Shown piece by piece: positions 51,021 through 64,000 of a stretch of 64,000 bases of DNA. The stretch's first letter is position 1; each line of letters starts with the position of its first letter. The DNA comes from Tubiluchus corallicola (lineage: Eukaryota; Animalia; Priapulida), in contig JAQGDQ010000918.1 in NCBI GenBank assembly GCA_030141605.1, forward strand, positions 1-64,000, written 5' to 3'. Under the pieces are notes generated by a model that saw only the letters and a program-made list of their open reading frames with translations, was not told where the DNA came from and searched no databases. Position numbers and translations under genes: made by a program.

Positions 51021-51212
51021 GCATTTAGACTAGACTTTCTTGATCACAAAAGTGACTTTCTTGATCACTGACTTGATCACAAAAACCCGATTTTCACTAA
51101 ATAACACATTTCAAACGTGTAAAAACAGAAATTTCAAATGAAGGACAATTTCTAAAGCTGCATTCACACGATGACGATGAAATAATTTACGCTGTGCGTC
51201 AAGCTACCCTTT

Positions 51213-54200
51213 TCATATCCTCCCCATTTGATCCAGTTCCTCATTCACGGCTTCATATTCAGGACTGTCCAGGTTGAACCTCACCCAAGGGTGTGGCGAG
51301 GGGGTGGGACGTAACTCTGGCCGAGGAGACGGCGTGGGTGTGCAGCTTTCACGGTATCGTGAACCGAATGACGTGCCTGAATGGAAAAAATAAACAGGAA
51401 AATTGAGCAAAACTAATTAAGGCACTGAACAAATTAGTAATTAGAAGGGGAGTAATCAGCAGAGCAGAAACCCCTCCACGAAGGATTGCCAAACAATCTT
51501 TGCTAAACTACATAGTCGCTTGATTGTGAAGTCATTATTAATACTTCCCATGTCTTCTGTGAAGCACGAAGTGGCATATTTACAAACATACTGAGCAGAA
51601 TTGCCAGACTATAATCTGGAACCAGCTCGCTGTTCTTTCACTTTGCTGGCTATACAGTGAACCTCGGGTATAAAGTACTCGCTTATAACGGACCACGAAC
51701 ACCAGTCACAATTTTTCGTAATGTTTTTCATACGTAAAAAAATTTGTATATAAGGTACTAGGATCAAAGGGACTTTCGGTTATAAGAGACGATATCTTCA
51801 GGTTCTGCATAATAGAAACCCAGCTAAATTACCTCGCATATAAGGGACCCTTGCTTATAACGGACCACCAACACCGGTCCAGATTTTTCGTAACGTTTTT
51901 TCTATGTAAAAATCTTCGTATATAAGGTACTCAGATATAAGGGACTTTCGGTTATAGGGGATGATACCTTCAGGTCCCACGTAATAGAAACCCAGGTAAC
52001 TTACCTCGCATATAAGGAACCCTATGATCAAAGTGAAATTGATCGATTTTTAACCTCAATTTTTCACAAACTCTACCTTCGAACAGCTCGGTTTCCACAG
52101 TCGCATACAACTCTCATAACTGAAGGAGCTTCCTACATACCGTTTGCACTGAATGTATAGCAATGATCCATAAAAAATATGTGTAAAAGTACAGGTCTAA
52201 GATACACCCTCGGTCTGACTCAACTTCGGCTGTAAGGGACATCGGATATAAGGGATGGTTTTTTCCGGTCCCGAGGTGTCCCTTATGTACGAGGTTGACT
52301 GTATTTAAAAAAAAGACCGTCTTATCTTGAACCTCACGTCTTTCCAAAGAGGAGGTCGGACGTGTCTCCCAGACTCCCACGTTATAAGAAAAAGAGGAAA
52401 GTGTAGAGGATATTGGCATTATTAATTCTATCAGAATTAAACACTTCCGTTCTGTGGCGGCACCTGCCGAAAATTATTAAAATTAACTTGAACTCAGCAA
52501 GCAGGTAGGCAGTTAACACCTGATGTGAACTTCCCAAACACGCGGAAACTGCATCTGAAGTGAAAACTTTCTTCCTTGGTATGTGTCACGCCCCTCTGCA
52601 AAGTTTTGTGAAACTCGGTGGAACAGTTCTTGCGTAATTTTGTTGATTAACAAACAAACGGCAACGAAAACATCACACCACTGTCAGAGGTCAAAAGAAA
52701 TGCTGCGACATAAGATTAAGTAGTACCGAACACGGTTAATAAATGGATGGGTGATTGAAAGCAGTTTCATCAGCGGTCACACTCCACCAAGAATTTCTCT
52801 CAGTAAAGGGGAGCGTTTGTATAGCGAGCAAGGTGCACATCTCCACTACTTCTACACAACTCATTAAAGCACAAGAAAACCCTCCACTTACATAAACCTT
52901 AGAAAATTCGTCTTGAAATTTTATACCACTTACATACTACCTTTTTGTATGCAGGGCTTGCATCGGTCGTAACGCTGTATAAAACGTGTAAATTCAAACT
53001 CTTGCAATGACTGTTAGGTGAAGCCATTTTGACGATACGTCATTTGAAACAAGTTTAAATAACACTGAGTAAAGTTTGAAAAAATAATCAGAGCATTTGC
53101 AGCAGACATGTTACTTTGGTGAAAACATTTTAAATAATTAATAATTTCCTTTTCTAGTTACATAAGTGTTTCTAGCAGGTAAGCAAAAATCTAAGTAAAA
53201 TAGATTTGCACGGAAAGTTTTTGGGTCATAGTTTAACATTTCCTTTTCTTCCCCTGATTTATGTTTGGTACATGACGTCATGTAATGGCGACTTTGGAAC
53301 AGTATTGCGGGAGATTTAAAATGAAAACAAACAAAAATTCCTTTCAGTGCGAGTAAGATATACGCATAAAATTGCTACAAAGTAACACAATTTTTTAAGG
53401 CGATTTTTCTGAAGCCTACTTCAAGTACACCTTTTCTTGTCCTTTATCAGGTGACATTTAGTATTTAGTTTGTAGTTTGTCAAACTACAAGAGAAATACC
53501 TTTTCTTTTTGGAACGGCGAGCCCCTTCATCTCCTTTCCGCCCTTGAAATACATTTCGTCAATCCGACTGAGAAGCGAATCCACCTTGGCCGGAAATTCC
53601 TCTACCACACGTTGCATCCGCTGCTCCGGTGACTCCACAACTACTTTCTTCTCTTCCTTTGCACCAATCCCAATCTGAGGTAATGAATAAAAAAAAAAGT
53701 GTATTAGGTAAAACTAAAGAAACTGAATAAAATTATAGGATGAACACAGTTCAATGTTACCCACTTTTCTGGCTAACAACTAGTACTGCAATTGTAAAAA
53801 ACTTGGATTTTCAAACACCGATAGTAGCTCGTGGAAGCAGCCATTTTGCTTCTGGTTTTCTCTGTTGCCAAGCCCAGATCTTCGTCAGGAAGAGCCACCT
53901 ACTGGATTTAAAAATAACTTCAATGTGCTCTTGCAAAGTCCGTAGCAATCAACATTTGTGCGGTTGCTAAGCGTTTTGTAGAGAGGCAGCAAAAAACAAT
54001 GGCTGACTTTAACAGCAATTTTCTCAAGATTATGTTTTTCAGTGTGCAGCCTGCACCTCAACTTCAACTTGGATTATCTCAGCTTAGAAATAACATAGAG
54101 CAATGAACTTGGTATCAAAATGATCCTCATGAAATGGAGATTCAGGGTATATGAGTAACTAGAAAAACTTAATAATCAAGATTTTACTATGCAAGCACAC

Positions 54201-57200
54201 AATTAGTTAATTAGACATGGTTAGTTTTAGTCAAATAAACGGGCTCATATTACAATTTGTTGAATGAAGGACTTACTTTACGCTAGTCAAATAAACGGGC
54301 TCATATTACAATTTGTTGAATGAAGGACTTACTTTACGCTAGTCAAATAAACGGGCTCATATTACAATTTGTTGAATGAAGGACTTACTTTACGCTAGTC
54401 AAATAAACGAGTTCATATTGCAATTTGCTGAATGAAGGACTTACTTTACGCTAGTCAAATAAATGGGCTCATATTACAATTTGTTGAATGAAGGACTTAC
54501 TTTACGCCGCCCTACGCCGATGAACATGCGGAATCGCTGAACGATGAAATCGACAATCTCAAACTCGTTAGACTGCTTGTCGTTGTCGTGTTTGACGATG
54601 GTGAAGGAGATGACGACGATTGTCAGGAACATGTTGATGAGGATAAACGTGCAAAGAAGAACAAAGAGAACGAAGAAGATGGGAGCGACGAGCGGAGACG
54701 CCCTCTGCATCTCCTCAATGCTGTAAAACATCGTAAAACAGTGTTAAACAGGTACTGATATCGAATACACTCAAACTCGGGTATAAAGTACTCACTTTTA
54801 AGGGACACTCGCTTATAAGGGACCACCAACACCGGACCCAATTTTTCGTAATGTTTTTCCTATGTAAAAATCTTCGTATATAAGGTTCTAGGATCTAAGG
54901 GACTTTCGGTAATAAGGGACGATATCTTCAGGTCCCGCGTAATAGAAATCCAGGTAAATTACCTCGCATATAAGGGACCCTATGATCAAAGCGAAATTTA
55001 TCGATTTTTAATCTCAATTTTTCGCAAACTCGGCCTTCGAACAGCTCGGATTTCCGCGGTCACATACATCTTGCATTACTGAAGGAGTTTCTTACATACC
55101 GTTTGCACTGAATGTATAGCAATGGTCGATAAAATATGGGAAAAGTACAGAAAAGTACATGTCTAGACTCAACTGACTCAACTTCGGCTATAAGAGACGG
55201 TTTTTTCTGGTCCTGAGGTGTCCCTTCTATCCATGGTTGACTGTAGCGCAGTAGGGGTTCAGCAGATGGCAGCATAGGCGCTGTACGTGGTGATTACATA
55301 GAACTGGAACACTTTTAGAAGAAATAACCTAGCAATGTATAAACTCCACCAGAAGGAGAGTTTCAAAGGGCTACCATCTTAAAATGCTTTCCGTTTCTTG
55401 CTGATAGATGTCACCACGGTACCATTGCCAGCAGTGTTTGCAAAACACTTAACAGAACCTTATAGTGAACATTTTCAAGCTTTTATACTAAGTTGTGCAT
55501 TCACACCTTGGATTCTGAACTCAAGAAATTATTCTTAAATCAGGAAATGATGTGAGGTAACAGCAATTTATCTGTTCACGTTGCATACAAGATAAAAACT
55601 TGAACAGCTAATACCTACTTAAGAAATCAAGTTTTTTAAATCTAATTTTTCCCTTGGGCTGCTTATCTATGGAATTTTGCTGATCTTCAACAGGTATCTG
55701 TTATCACTAGCGACTTATCGCTATGCGGGTTCTATGTGTCTGGACACGCGTTCATATTTATACCCCTTACCATGAGTGACCGTCAGCCTTGTTTGGGGAC
55801 TTTGTATCAAAATAATACAGTTTGAAAATTGGTCTCTTGTAGTGACCTTCATGTAAGACTATAATCAGGTCAAGATTATCACATTTCGGGTTAATGAGAT
55901 TGTCCCCCCTCAGATGGAGCCACCCTCTAACTCATCCACACTAGCTTGAAGTAAACTCACTGCAAATTCTTGAAATGAACTAGAATAGCTATATTTTGTT
56001 TGTCAATAATAATAATATTCTTTAACAAATACCACTTTTTTTAGTACATTTTCTTGCCTATAAAAGTTAAGAATTGTTCCCTATATTTGAATAATTAGCT
56101 TAGAAAGTTAATTAACAGTAACTGAACACAGTTATTGCTTACGTCAGAAACTAACCACAGTTTGTGCAATGGCAGATGTCTTCCCTTGCGCGTCAAGCAC
56201 GTTTGCATAAGTGTTACTGCTTAAATGCGCGATGTCACAAAAACGGGCTCTACGTCATATGACGTCAGAAACTAACACAGCAGTTTATAATCATGTTTAT
56301 CAAGATTTTTACAGAAAAGATTCATATAATGTATTTCCTTTTGTATTTAAACATTTTGTTATACTAATTTTAATATTCATGAAATCTGATCAATTAACCA
56401 ACTACAACAATCAACAACAGATGGCTCTGCAATGCATCATAATGAAATGCTTTAGATTAGCAATTACGTAATAACACTGCAGAGCCATCTAGTGAAAGAT
56501 ATCACATACACTATCAAACTTTTCAAACAAATCTTTGCTCGAGACTCTTAAAAGCACATTTTCAACACAATCGTTGTGAAAGATCGGATTTTTTGAAAAT
56601 CTTTTGCAGTCTCCCTCGGGGGTGGGGGTAGCTAGGCTGCAGCCTATAATAGGTTATAGCATAATGTGACCCTGAGTATAAGTAATAACTTATTAGAATT
56701 GCGACGAAAGTTTTATTTAAAGGAAAACCGGATGATTGTGTAAACATGAGTTCAGAATAAAGAATGGTATAAAATATTGAAAACTACAGTAGCTTATTTT
56801 AAATCAAAGCTTAGATTGAATAATAATTACATCGGATACTCAAATTTCGTTAAACTTTCAAAGCTACGAGCGGTTCAGTGAATCTACTAAGATTGGCAGC
56901 GGCGCCTTTTTGTCACATTCGCGTGGCCGACAAATAGAAGACGGTACCATGATAACCATGATCATGAACTGCAGTGTTAGTTTCTGACGTCATATGACGT
57001 AGAGCCCATTTTTCGTGACATCACGCATTTAAGCAGTGACACTTACGCAAACGTGCTTGACGTACAAGGGAAGATGCTTGCCATTGCACAAACTGTGGTT
57101 AGTTTCTGACATAAGCAATACTGTGTTCGGTTGCCTTTAATTAACTTTCCAAACAAATTATTCAAATATAAGAAACAATTGTTAATTTGTATAGGCAAGA

Positions 57201-58013
57201 GAATGTAATTTTTGGACAGTAAGTTAAAATGACGTTAAAATGAGTCTAAAAAATTGTTCGCTTTTCCTTTAAATGAGCGCGTACTTGAATTTATTGAGGA
57301 TCATTGAGAAGCTGGCCTCCGCGCTCCGCAACAGCGTGGAGAACTGGTACATCTGCGTGCCGCAGTTGAGCTGGAACACGACGGTGAAAGCGAAGAAGAC
57401 GATCAGGAACATTCCCGTGAATCCCAGCAACGGTTTTCCGCAGTAACTTAAAGTTGATCCCAGTAGGGACATCCGGCGATTGAAACGCAAGAGCTTCAAC
57501 ATCTTGAATGTCGACAGAAAGCAGACGAAGCTGTACATGTACCTGAAATATTCAAAAACAACAAGTCAACACAACAAGCGCCACGCTGTTGCTAAGATGA
57601 AAAAAAATGGGTAACTACATTTTAGCCTAACAGATGGCAGCAGGTGCGTGCACGTACTTGAATAAAAAAATCAATATTAACAATGCTACTGTTTGCAGAT
57701 TAATTTTTGTAAAAGAGGTGTTGCATTAACCCTTTCACTACGGAAGGCGGCACACCGCCACCTATGTTTTTCAAGCAAGGGACGGAAGGCGGTAGACTGT
57801 CGCCCGAGCGCAGCACTAAGCTCAGTTACCCAGGTCTGCTTACTTCACTGCTACGACCATGCAGAAACATTGTAGAAAAGTTTAACAGCCGTGGGATTGG
57901 AGTTGCTTCACAACAAGTAACGCTAATCAGCCAATTAGCATCTGAAGCCAGGTGCATTCCATAGTACTGTACTGCATGGCACGTTCTCATGCAAAATGTT
58001 TGTTGACAGTTGG

Positions 58014-58050
<37 letters not shown>

Positions 58051-61000
58051 GATAAACAACTTCTTACCCAAGCATTTCGTCGGTGATGTTAATGTGAGTC
58101 ACGGTAATGATGATGATGATGAAGATAAACAACTTTTTACCCAAGTATTTCGTCGGTGATGTTAATGTGAGTCATGGTGATGATGATGATGATGATGATG
58201 ATGAAGATAAACAACTTCTTACCCAAGCATTTCATCAGTAACGTTAATGTGAGTCATGGTGGCGATGATGATGATAATGATGATGATGATGATGAAGATA
58301 AACAACTTCTTACCCGAGTATTTCGTCGGTGATGTTAATGTGAGTCATGGTAACGATGATGATGCTGAAGGTAAACAACTTCTTACCCAAGCATTTCGTC
58401 GGTGATGTTAATGTGAGTCATGGTGATGATGATGATGATGATGATGAAGATAAACAACTTCTTACCCAAGCATTTCGTCGGTGATGTTAATGTGAGTCAT
58501 GGTGATGTAATCACGACCTTTAGACGCCTTGAATGACTCCAGGATCTTATTGGTCAGATACAACCGTGTGAAATAGAGGAATATACAGGCGCAGGAGAAA
58601 CTGATGACGGCCCATTCACTGTAAACCCAAATTTCCTGTAAAGTAAAGACAGGCTTAGTAAACCGACCATGTATGCAAGGTCGAATGCTTTTAAACAGAA
58701 AAAGAACCACCTGTCTGCGTGCCTCATTTCATAACAGATTTCCATACTTGTGGAACGAATTATCTGCAAATGCAGTTTTAATGGCATCATTATCCTCTTT
58801 CAAACCGGTTGTCTTCCATCACTTTACTATCCATGGCATTTTAATCCTTTGGCTTCGTATATACTTTATTTATTTTAATCTTTACGTACTATTGTGCAAT
58901 ACGCAGCCATGTTTATAGATGTGTTAATCTTTACGTACTATTGTGCAATACGCAGCCACGTTTGTAGATGTGTTAATCTTTATGTACTATTGTGCAATAC
59001 GCAGCCGCGTTTGTAGATGTGCTAATCTTTATGTACTATTATGCAGCATGCTGCCACGTTTGTAGATGTGTTAATCTTTACGTACTATTGTGCAATACGC
59101 AGCCACGTTTGTAGATGTGTTAATCTTTACGTACTATTGTGCAATACGCAGCCGCGTTTGTAGATGTGTTAATCTTTACTTACTGTTGTGCAACATGCAG
59201 CCACGTTTGTAATGGGTTAATCTTTACCTACTATTGTGCAACATGTAGCCACGTTTGTAGATGTGTTACTCTTTAGGTACTATTGTGCAACATGCAGCCA
59301 CGTTTGTAGATGTGTTACTCTTTACGTACTATTGTGCAACATGCAGCCACGTTTGTAGATGTGTTACTCTTTACGTACTATTGTGCAATACGCAGCCACG
59401 TTTGTAGATGTGTTAATCTTTACGTACTATTGTGCAATACGCAGCCGCGTTTGTAGATGTGTTAATCTTTACGTACTATTGTGCAACATGTAGCCACGTT
59501 TGTAGATGTGTTAATCTTTACATACTATTGTGCAACACGCTGCCACGGTTGTAGATGTGTTAATCTTTACCTACTATTGTGCAACATGGAGCCACGTTTG
59601 TAGATGTGTTAATCTTTACGTACCATTGTGCAATACGCAGCCGCGTTTGTAGATGTGTTAATCTTTACTTACTGTTGTGCAATACGCAGCCGCGTTTGTA
59701 GATGTGTTAATCTTTACGTACTATTGTGCAATACGCAGCCGCGTTTGTAGATGTGTTAATCTTTACGTACTATTGTGCAATACACAGCCACGTTTGTAAA
59801 TGTGTTAATCTTTACGTACTATTGTGCAATACGCAGCCACGTTTGTAGATGTGTTAATCTTTACGTACTATCTCGCAGTGGTACTATTGGAAATTAGGCA
59901 TTCTTAGCTTTTATACAAGCAGTAAAAAAGACGACCCAACTATAGTTGACTAAACATTTTAAATGAAGAAAAAGAAAGACTAGTGTTCATTTATTACTTA
60001 CGCTAAAGTATGCCTTCTTTTTCTTAATGATGTTGATGATTTCTCTGAACATGAAGAAGAGGATGAAAAGCACAAAGATCACCTGACACGCCATCTTTAA
60101 TGTTTCCAGGTCTTCCGGTTCGTTCAGACGTATCGGATCAAAGCGAGCGTACCGGTAGATGCCACCTGCGGACAAAATCAAATAAAAAGCTTCGTCAACA
60201 TCGACGCTACCCATGAAATTTACTTACAACGTGATCAAATCGTCTTCGATGCTGTGAACGTTACAGGATATCTGATGAGATAGGGTTAGCAACTAGGGTT
60301 AGGGTTAAACATTATTTGGAGGGATGAGGTAGGGTTAACAACTAGGGATGTTCGTCACTTGAATCCTCGAGGGGGTCTTGCAGGGATGACGAGTAGTTAG
60401 GGTTAAACCATCATTTGAAGGGGTGAGGTAGGGGTAACAACTAGAGATAGGGTTGACCGACACTTGGACTGTTCCATTATTCAAAAGGGTGAGGTAGTTA
60501 GGGTTAGGGTTAGACAGTATTGGGGCCAGCTCCATTAATCAAAGGGTGCTAAGAGTAGAATTAAGAATGGATACGATCCAAAAAAATCCCGGGGGCCCAT
60601 TAAAAACCACCCAGAAAGGGACAATCTACCCTACTGACAGCTTATTAAGTCTAGCAAACGAAATAAGATTTTTAAATACTAATCTATATATCTAGCTATG
60701 CAGTGGCGTTTTATCAAGCAGCATGACTATTTCAAATTATTCAGAATTTTCTTTTCCAATCACATAAGACTTTCAAATGGGTAAGCGTAAGGCTGAGTAA
60801 TTTAACTATATATGAGTTTTGGACGTATGTTTGGGCTTTTAAAAACCAAATAGAAATTCGATGCCTCGATTAATAAATTTTGCTCTTTCTTGTCTTTTAT
60901 TCCCAAAACACGTTATTCCATCTAAACAATAAAAGTTTATACCAAAAACCAAAAGATCAATAATTACACATAATTTAGCAGTTTTTACACTGCAGCTTTG

Positions 61001-62579
61001 CAGTAATTTTTGACTAATTTGTAATTTCACTAAATAACTAATTTTAAAGTAACAAATGAATATACATGCATTATTTTCCCCAAATCATGAGCTTTCAAAA
61101 CACACAACACGACAATATTTTAATGCCTTATAAATTCCGTTGTGTTAACAAAATTCAGTCCACTCAACCAGATCAGGCCTGAAAATCGCCACAAGGTGGC
61201 CAAAGCCAGGGATAAGAATGACAAATTGCAAAAATCTCTGAAACAGGCCGGGGGTTTGGGGGCCGCGTAGGCCATAGAGAACCTCTAAGTGCACTTAAAA
61301 TATCAATTACCTTGTTTCATGCATAATTTAAAATACCCAACTATCAAGGATACATGATACCTAATTGTCTCAAAAATGCCTAAGTACTGGCCGCTCCTAT
61401 GCAAAAGTATATAAAAACTGTCTGCAATTGACTCAAATAACTCCGCACAATTAATTCTATATTTTTATACATAGAGATATACACGTGGTTACACTGATGT
61501 ACGTGATGTAAACAAAGTGACGGCCTGCCAACTAGCGGTCAGCTTGTGAAATAATGTACTGGGTCCGTAAAAATTTTCTCAACGAATTTCTGTGATTTAC
61601 AAAAATGGCACTACTGGTCTTCCAAAAACTCGGAATTCCGCGTATCCGCGGAAAATTCTCATCCCTGCAAAGCAGATAACAAGAGAAGACTGCTAAGTAC
61701 GCTAATGCTAAATTTCCAGTACTACATAGTTTAAAATAGTGTTTGCTTTTCCTTTAAAGCAAGTGTTACCTGATGATGGGAACTCAAAAAGTATGATGCC
61801 AACACTGTACAGGTTCACATATGGATTGAACGTGGAAAATTCGATGAAGACGGCTCTAGTGTACTGATCGATCCACTTATTAGCCTCCAGTGTTCGAATC
61901 TGTTGACGCAGTTCGTCTAGAGTTTCTTTCAAGAACACATAATAACCGCCACCAGGATATAAACCTGAAATACCAATGAAATTTCCTCTAATAACAAGTG
62001 GTAACAACAAGAGCGTATCTGCTGCTAAAGTGGTTACCCATCCATTTACTAAACAGACTTAGTACTGCTCAACTTTTGCTGCTATACACATACATTGAAC
62101 TGTGGTAACCTGATAAAGTACTGAGAAAATCATTGTTACAGTCAGCCATTGTTTTTTGTCGCGTTTTGTGAACTCACAAGTAAGAAAAATCATAGTTTGA
62201 CATTTGTATATTGAATTCAACTACTTTTGTAATCATGTATTAGTTTGATAAGTTATGTTGAAAATTATGTGTATTTAATGTAAAATGTTGTGTACTGCTT
62301 GCAAAATTAGGCATTTTTTAAATAAAAGAGTTATAATAACAGTAACAATAACAATAATAACAATAATAATAAGAATGACTTATTTACCTAATCTTCCCCA
62401 GTAAGGCAAGCTATCCATCTCCAATCCACGTTTGTAATTATATTCATCCAGTTCGTTCGCATCCACACCGGTTAGCGACCAGCCAAGAGCAAAATTTCGT
62501 GTCTCCTCAGCACTGAATAAGGGAAGGTTGCTGCATTCTGGCACGACGGATGACATCTGCTGGCTGACAGAACAAGATC
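51213..62579 (-). CDS. Polycystin-family (PKD1-like) protein, C-terminal TOP and channel domain; 5' part lies beyond the window
   Basis: Phase-compatible exons 62579-62388, 61964-61770, 60165-60002, 58635-58466, 57542-57285, 54720-54501, 53674-53500 and 51376-51213. Motifs: YWGRLGLYPGGGY, WIDQYTRAVFIEFSTFNPYVNLYS, KMLKLLRFNRRMSLLGSTL, PIFFVLFVLLCTFILINMFLTIV. Confidence 0.93.
51655..52301 (+). mobile_element. Tigger/pogo-like MITE with internal duplication
   Basis: TA-CAGTGAACCTCG ... CGAGGTTGACTG-TA. Related copy at 54768-55243. Confidence 0.85.
54228..54506 (-). repeat. 56-bp tandem array containing a PKD exon end and splice donor (5 units)
   Basis: Minus-strand unit CGTAAA|GTAAGTccttcattcaacaaattgtaatatgagcccgtttatttgacTAG. 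Confidence 0.95.
54768..55243 (+). mobile_element. Tigger/pogo-like MITE
   Basis: TA-CACTCAAACTCGG ... GGTTGACTG-TA; homologous to 51655-52301. Confidence 0.8.
56040..56300 (-). mobile_element. Partial Kolobok-like MITE
   Basis: Reverse-complement match to the 3' half of 56721-57268. Confidence 0.7.
56721..57268 (+). mobile_element. Kolobok-like MITE
   Basis: TTAA-AGGAAAACCGG...TTTTCCT-TTAA; lies 16 bp from a PKD splice donor. Confidence 0.75.
58012..58506 (-). repeat. Tandem copies of a PKD exon 3' end, donor and (ATC)n
   Basis: Minus-strand unit atgactcacattaacatcaccgacgaaatgcttgg|GTAAGAAGttgtttatcttc(atc)n; five extra donors follow the true one. Confidence 0.95.
58685..58830 (+). mobile_element. 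CR1-type LINE 3' remnant
   Basis: Encodes RTTCLRASFHNRFPYLWNELSANAVLMASLSSFK. Confidence 0.6.
58876..59870. repeat. Minisatellite, 49-bp unit, about 20 copies
   Basis: tgttaatctttacgtactattgtgcaatacgcagccacgtttgtagatg repeated. Confidence 0.98.
61207..61667 (-). mobile_element. hAT-like MITE with 6-bp TSD (reverse copy)
   Basis: CAGGGATAAGA ... TCTCATCCCTG flanked by CAAAGC on both sides. Confidence 0.85.
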
Positions 62580-62649
62580 CTGAAGGATGGAAAATAAGAT
62601 GTTTATTTTGTTGCATTAGGATTAGGCTGTGGTTGCAGCTGCTGCAGCG

Positions 62650-64000
62650 GATTGCACTGGAGCAGATAGAAATGGACTGGACTGAAACAGATGGAAATGG
62701 ACTGGACTGAAATGGACTGCACTTCAGTGGACTGTGCTGGTACAGATGGAAATGGACTGGACTGAAATGGACTGCACTTCAGTGGACTGCACTGGAGCAG
62801 ATAGAAATGGACTGGACTGAAACAGATGGAGATGGAATGGACTGAAATGGACTGTACTTCAGTGGACTGTGCTGGTACAGATGGAAATGGACTGGACTTC
62901 AGTGGACTATGCTGGTACAGACGGAAATGGACTGGACTGAAATGGACTGGACTTCAGTGGACTATGCTGGTACAGACGGAAATGGACTGGACTGAAATGG
63001 ACTGGACTTCAGTGGACTATGTTGGTACAGACGGGAATGGACTGGACTGAAATGGACTGTACTGGTACAGATGGAAATGGACTGGACTGAAATGGACTGC
63101 ACTTCATTGGACTGCATTGGTACAGATGGACATGGACTGGACTGAAATGGACTGCACTTCAGTGGACTGCACTGGTACAGATGGAAATGGACTGGACTGA
63201 AATGGACTGCACTTTGGTGGACTGTGCTGGTACTGATGGAAATGGACTGGACTGAAATGGACTGCACTTCATTGGACTGCATTGGTACAGATGGAAATGG
63301 ACTGGACTGAAATGGACTGCACTTCGGTGGACTGTGCTGGTACAGACGGGAATGGACTGGACTGAAATGGACTGCACTTCATTGGACTGCACTGGTACAG
63401 ATGGAAATGGACTGGACAGAAATGGACTGCACTTCGGTGGACTATGCTGGTACAGATGGAAATGGACTGCACTTCGGTGGACTATGCTGGTACAGACGGA
63501 AATGGACTGGACTGAAATGGACTGCACTTCGGTGGACTATGCTGGTACAGACGGGAATGGACTGGACTGAAATGGACTGCACTTCGGTGGACTATGCTGG
63601 TACAGACGGAAATGGACTGGACTGAAATGGACTGCACTTCGGTGGACTATGCTGGTACAGACGGAAATGGACTGGACTGAAATGGACTGGACTTCAGTGG
63701 ACTATGCTGGTACAGACGGGAATGGACTGGACTGAAATGGACTGCACTTCGGTGGACTATGCTGGTACAGACGGGAATGGACTGGACTGAAATGGACTGC
63801 ACTTCGGTGGACTATGCTGGTACAGACGGAAATGGACTGGACTGAAATGGACTGCACTTCGGTGGACTATGCTGGTACAGACGGAAATGGACAGGACTGA
63901 AATGGACTATGCTGGTACAGATGGAAATGGACTGGACTGAAATGGACTGTACTTCATTGGACTGCATTGGTACAGACGGGAATGGACTGGACTGAAATGG
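62650..64000. repeat. Pentamer-derived satellite (GGACT/GAAAT), about 55-bp higher-order unit
   Basis: gctggtacagacggaaatggactggactgaaatggactgcacttcggtggactat repeated to the window end. Confidence 0.97.

Noticed and set aside
62826-63625. MDWTE / QSISV repeat ORFs
   Set aside because: These are products of the pentamer-derived satellite in a PKD intron.

Overview
This is AT-rich, intron-containing, repeat-dense eukaryotic DNA, almost certainly from an invertebrate animal. Four spliced protein-coding loci can be rebuilt by hand with phase-compatible GT-AG junctions. Two are tandem minus-strand paralogs encoding a Cys-rich PAN/apple-like module plus a pentraxin domain (about 5.1-10.3 kb and 20.9-23.7 kb). 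The third is a complete 9-exon OTUD5/DUBA deubiquitinase on the plus strand (31812-45920). The fourth is the 3' eight exons of a polycystin (PKD1-like) channel gene on the minus strand (51213-62579), which continues past the window end. The remainder is transposon debris (Tc1, Kolobok-, piggyBac-, hAT- and Tigger-like MITEs, BEL/Pao LTRs, a tRNA-SINE, LINE and Penelope scraps, and a Maverick/adintovirus-type polB relic) plus more than ten unrelated minisatellite arrays. The most notable observations are: (1) pentraxin copy 2 appears patch-refreshed, with copy-1-like exon segments placed in front of older diverged exon tails, while one patch of the domain is hypervariable; (2) two PKD exon ends have been tandemly amplified with their splice donors, creating potential in-frame microexons or a cassette exon; (3) an endogenous protein-primed DNA polymerase relic lies in an OTUD5 intron. 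I found no CRISPR or other prokaryotic system. All calls are from reading the sequence; no searches or alignments were run.
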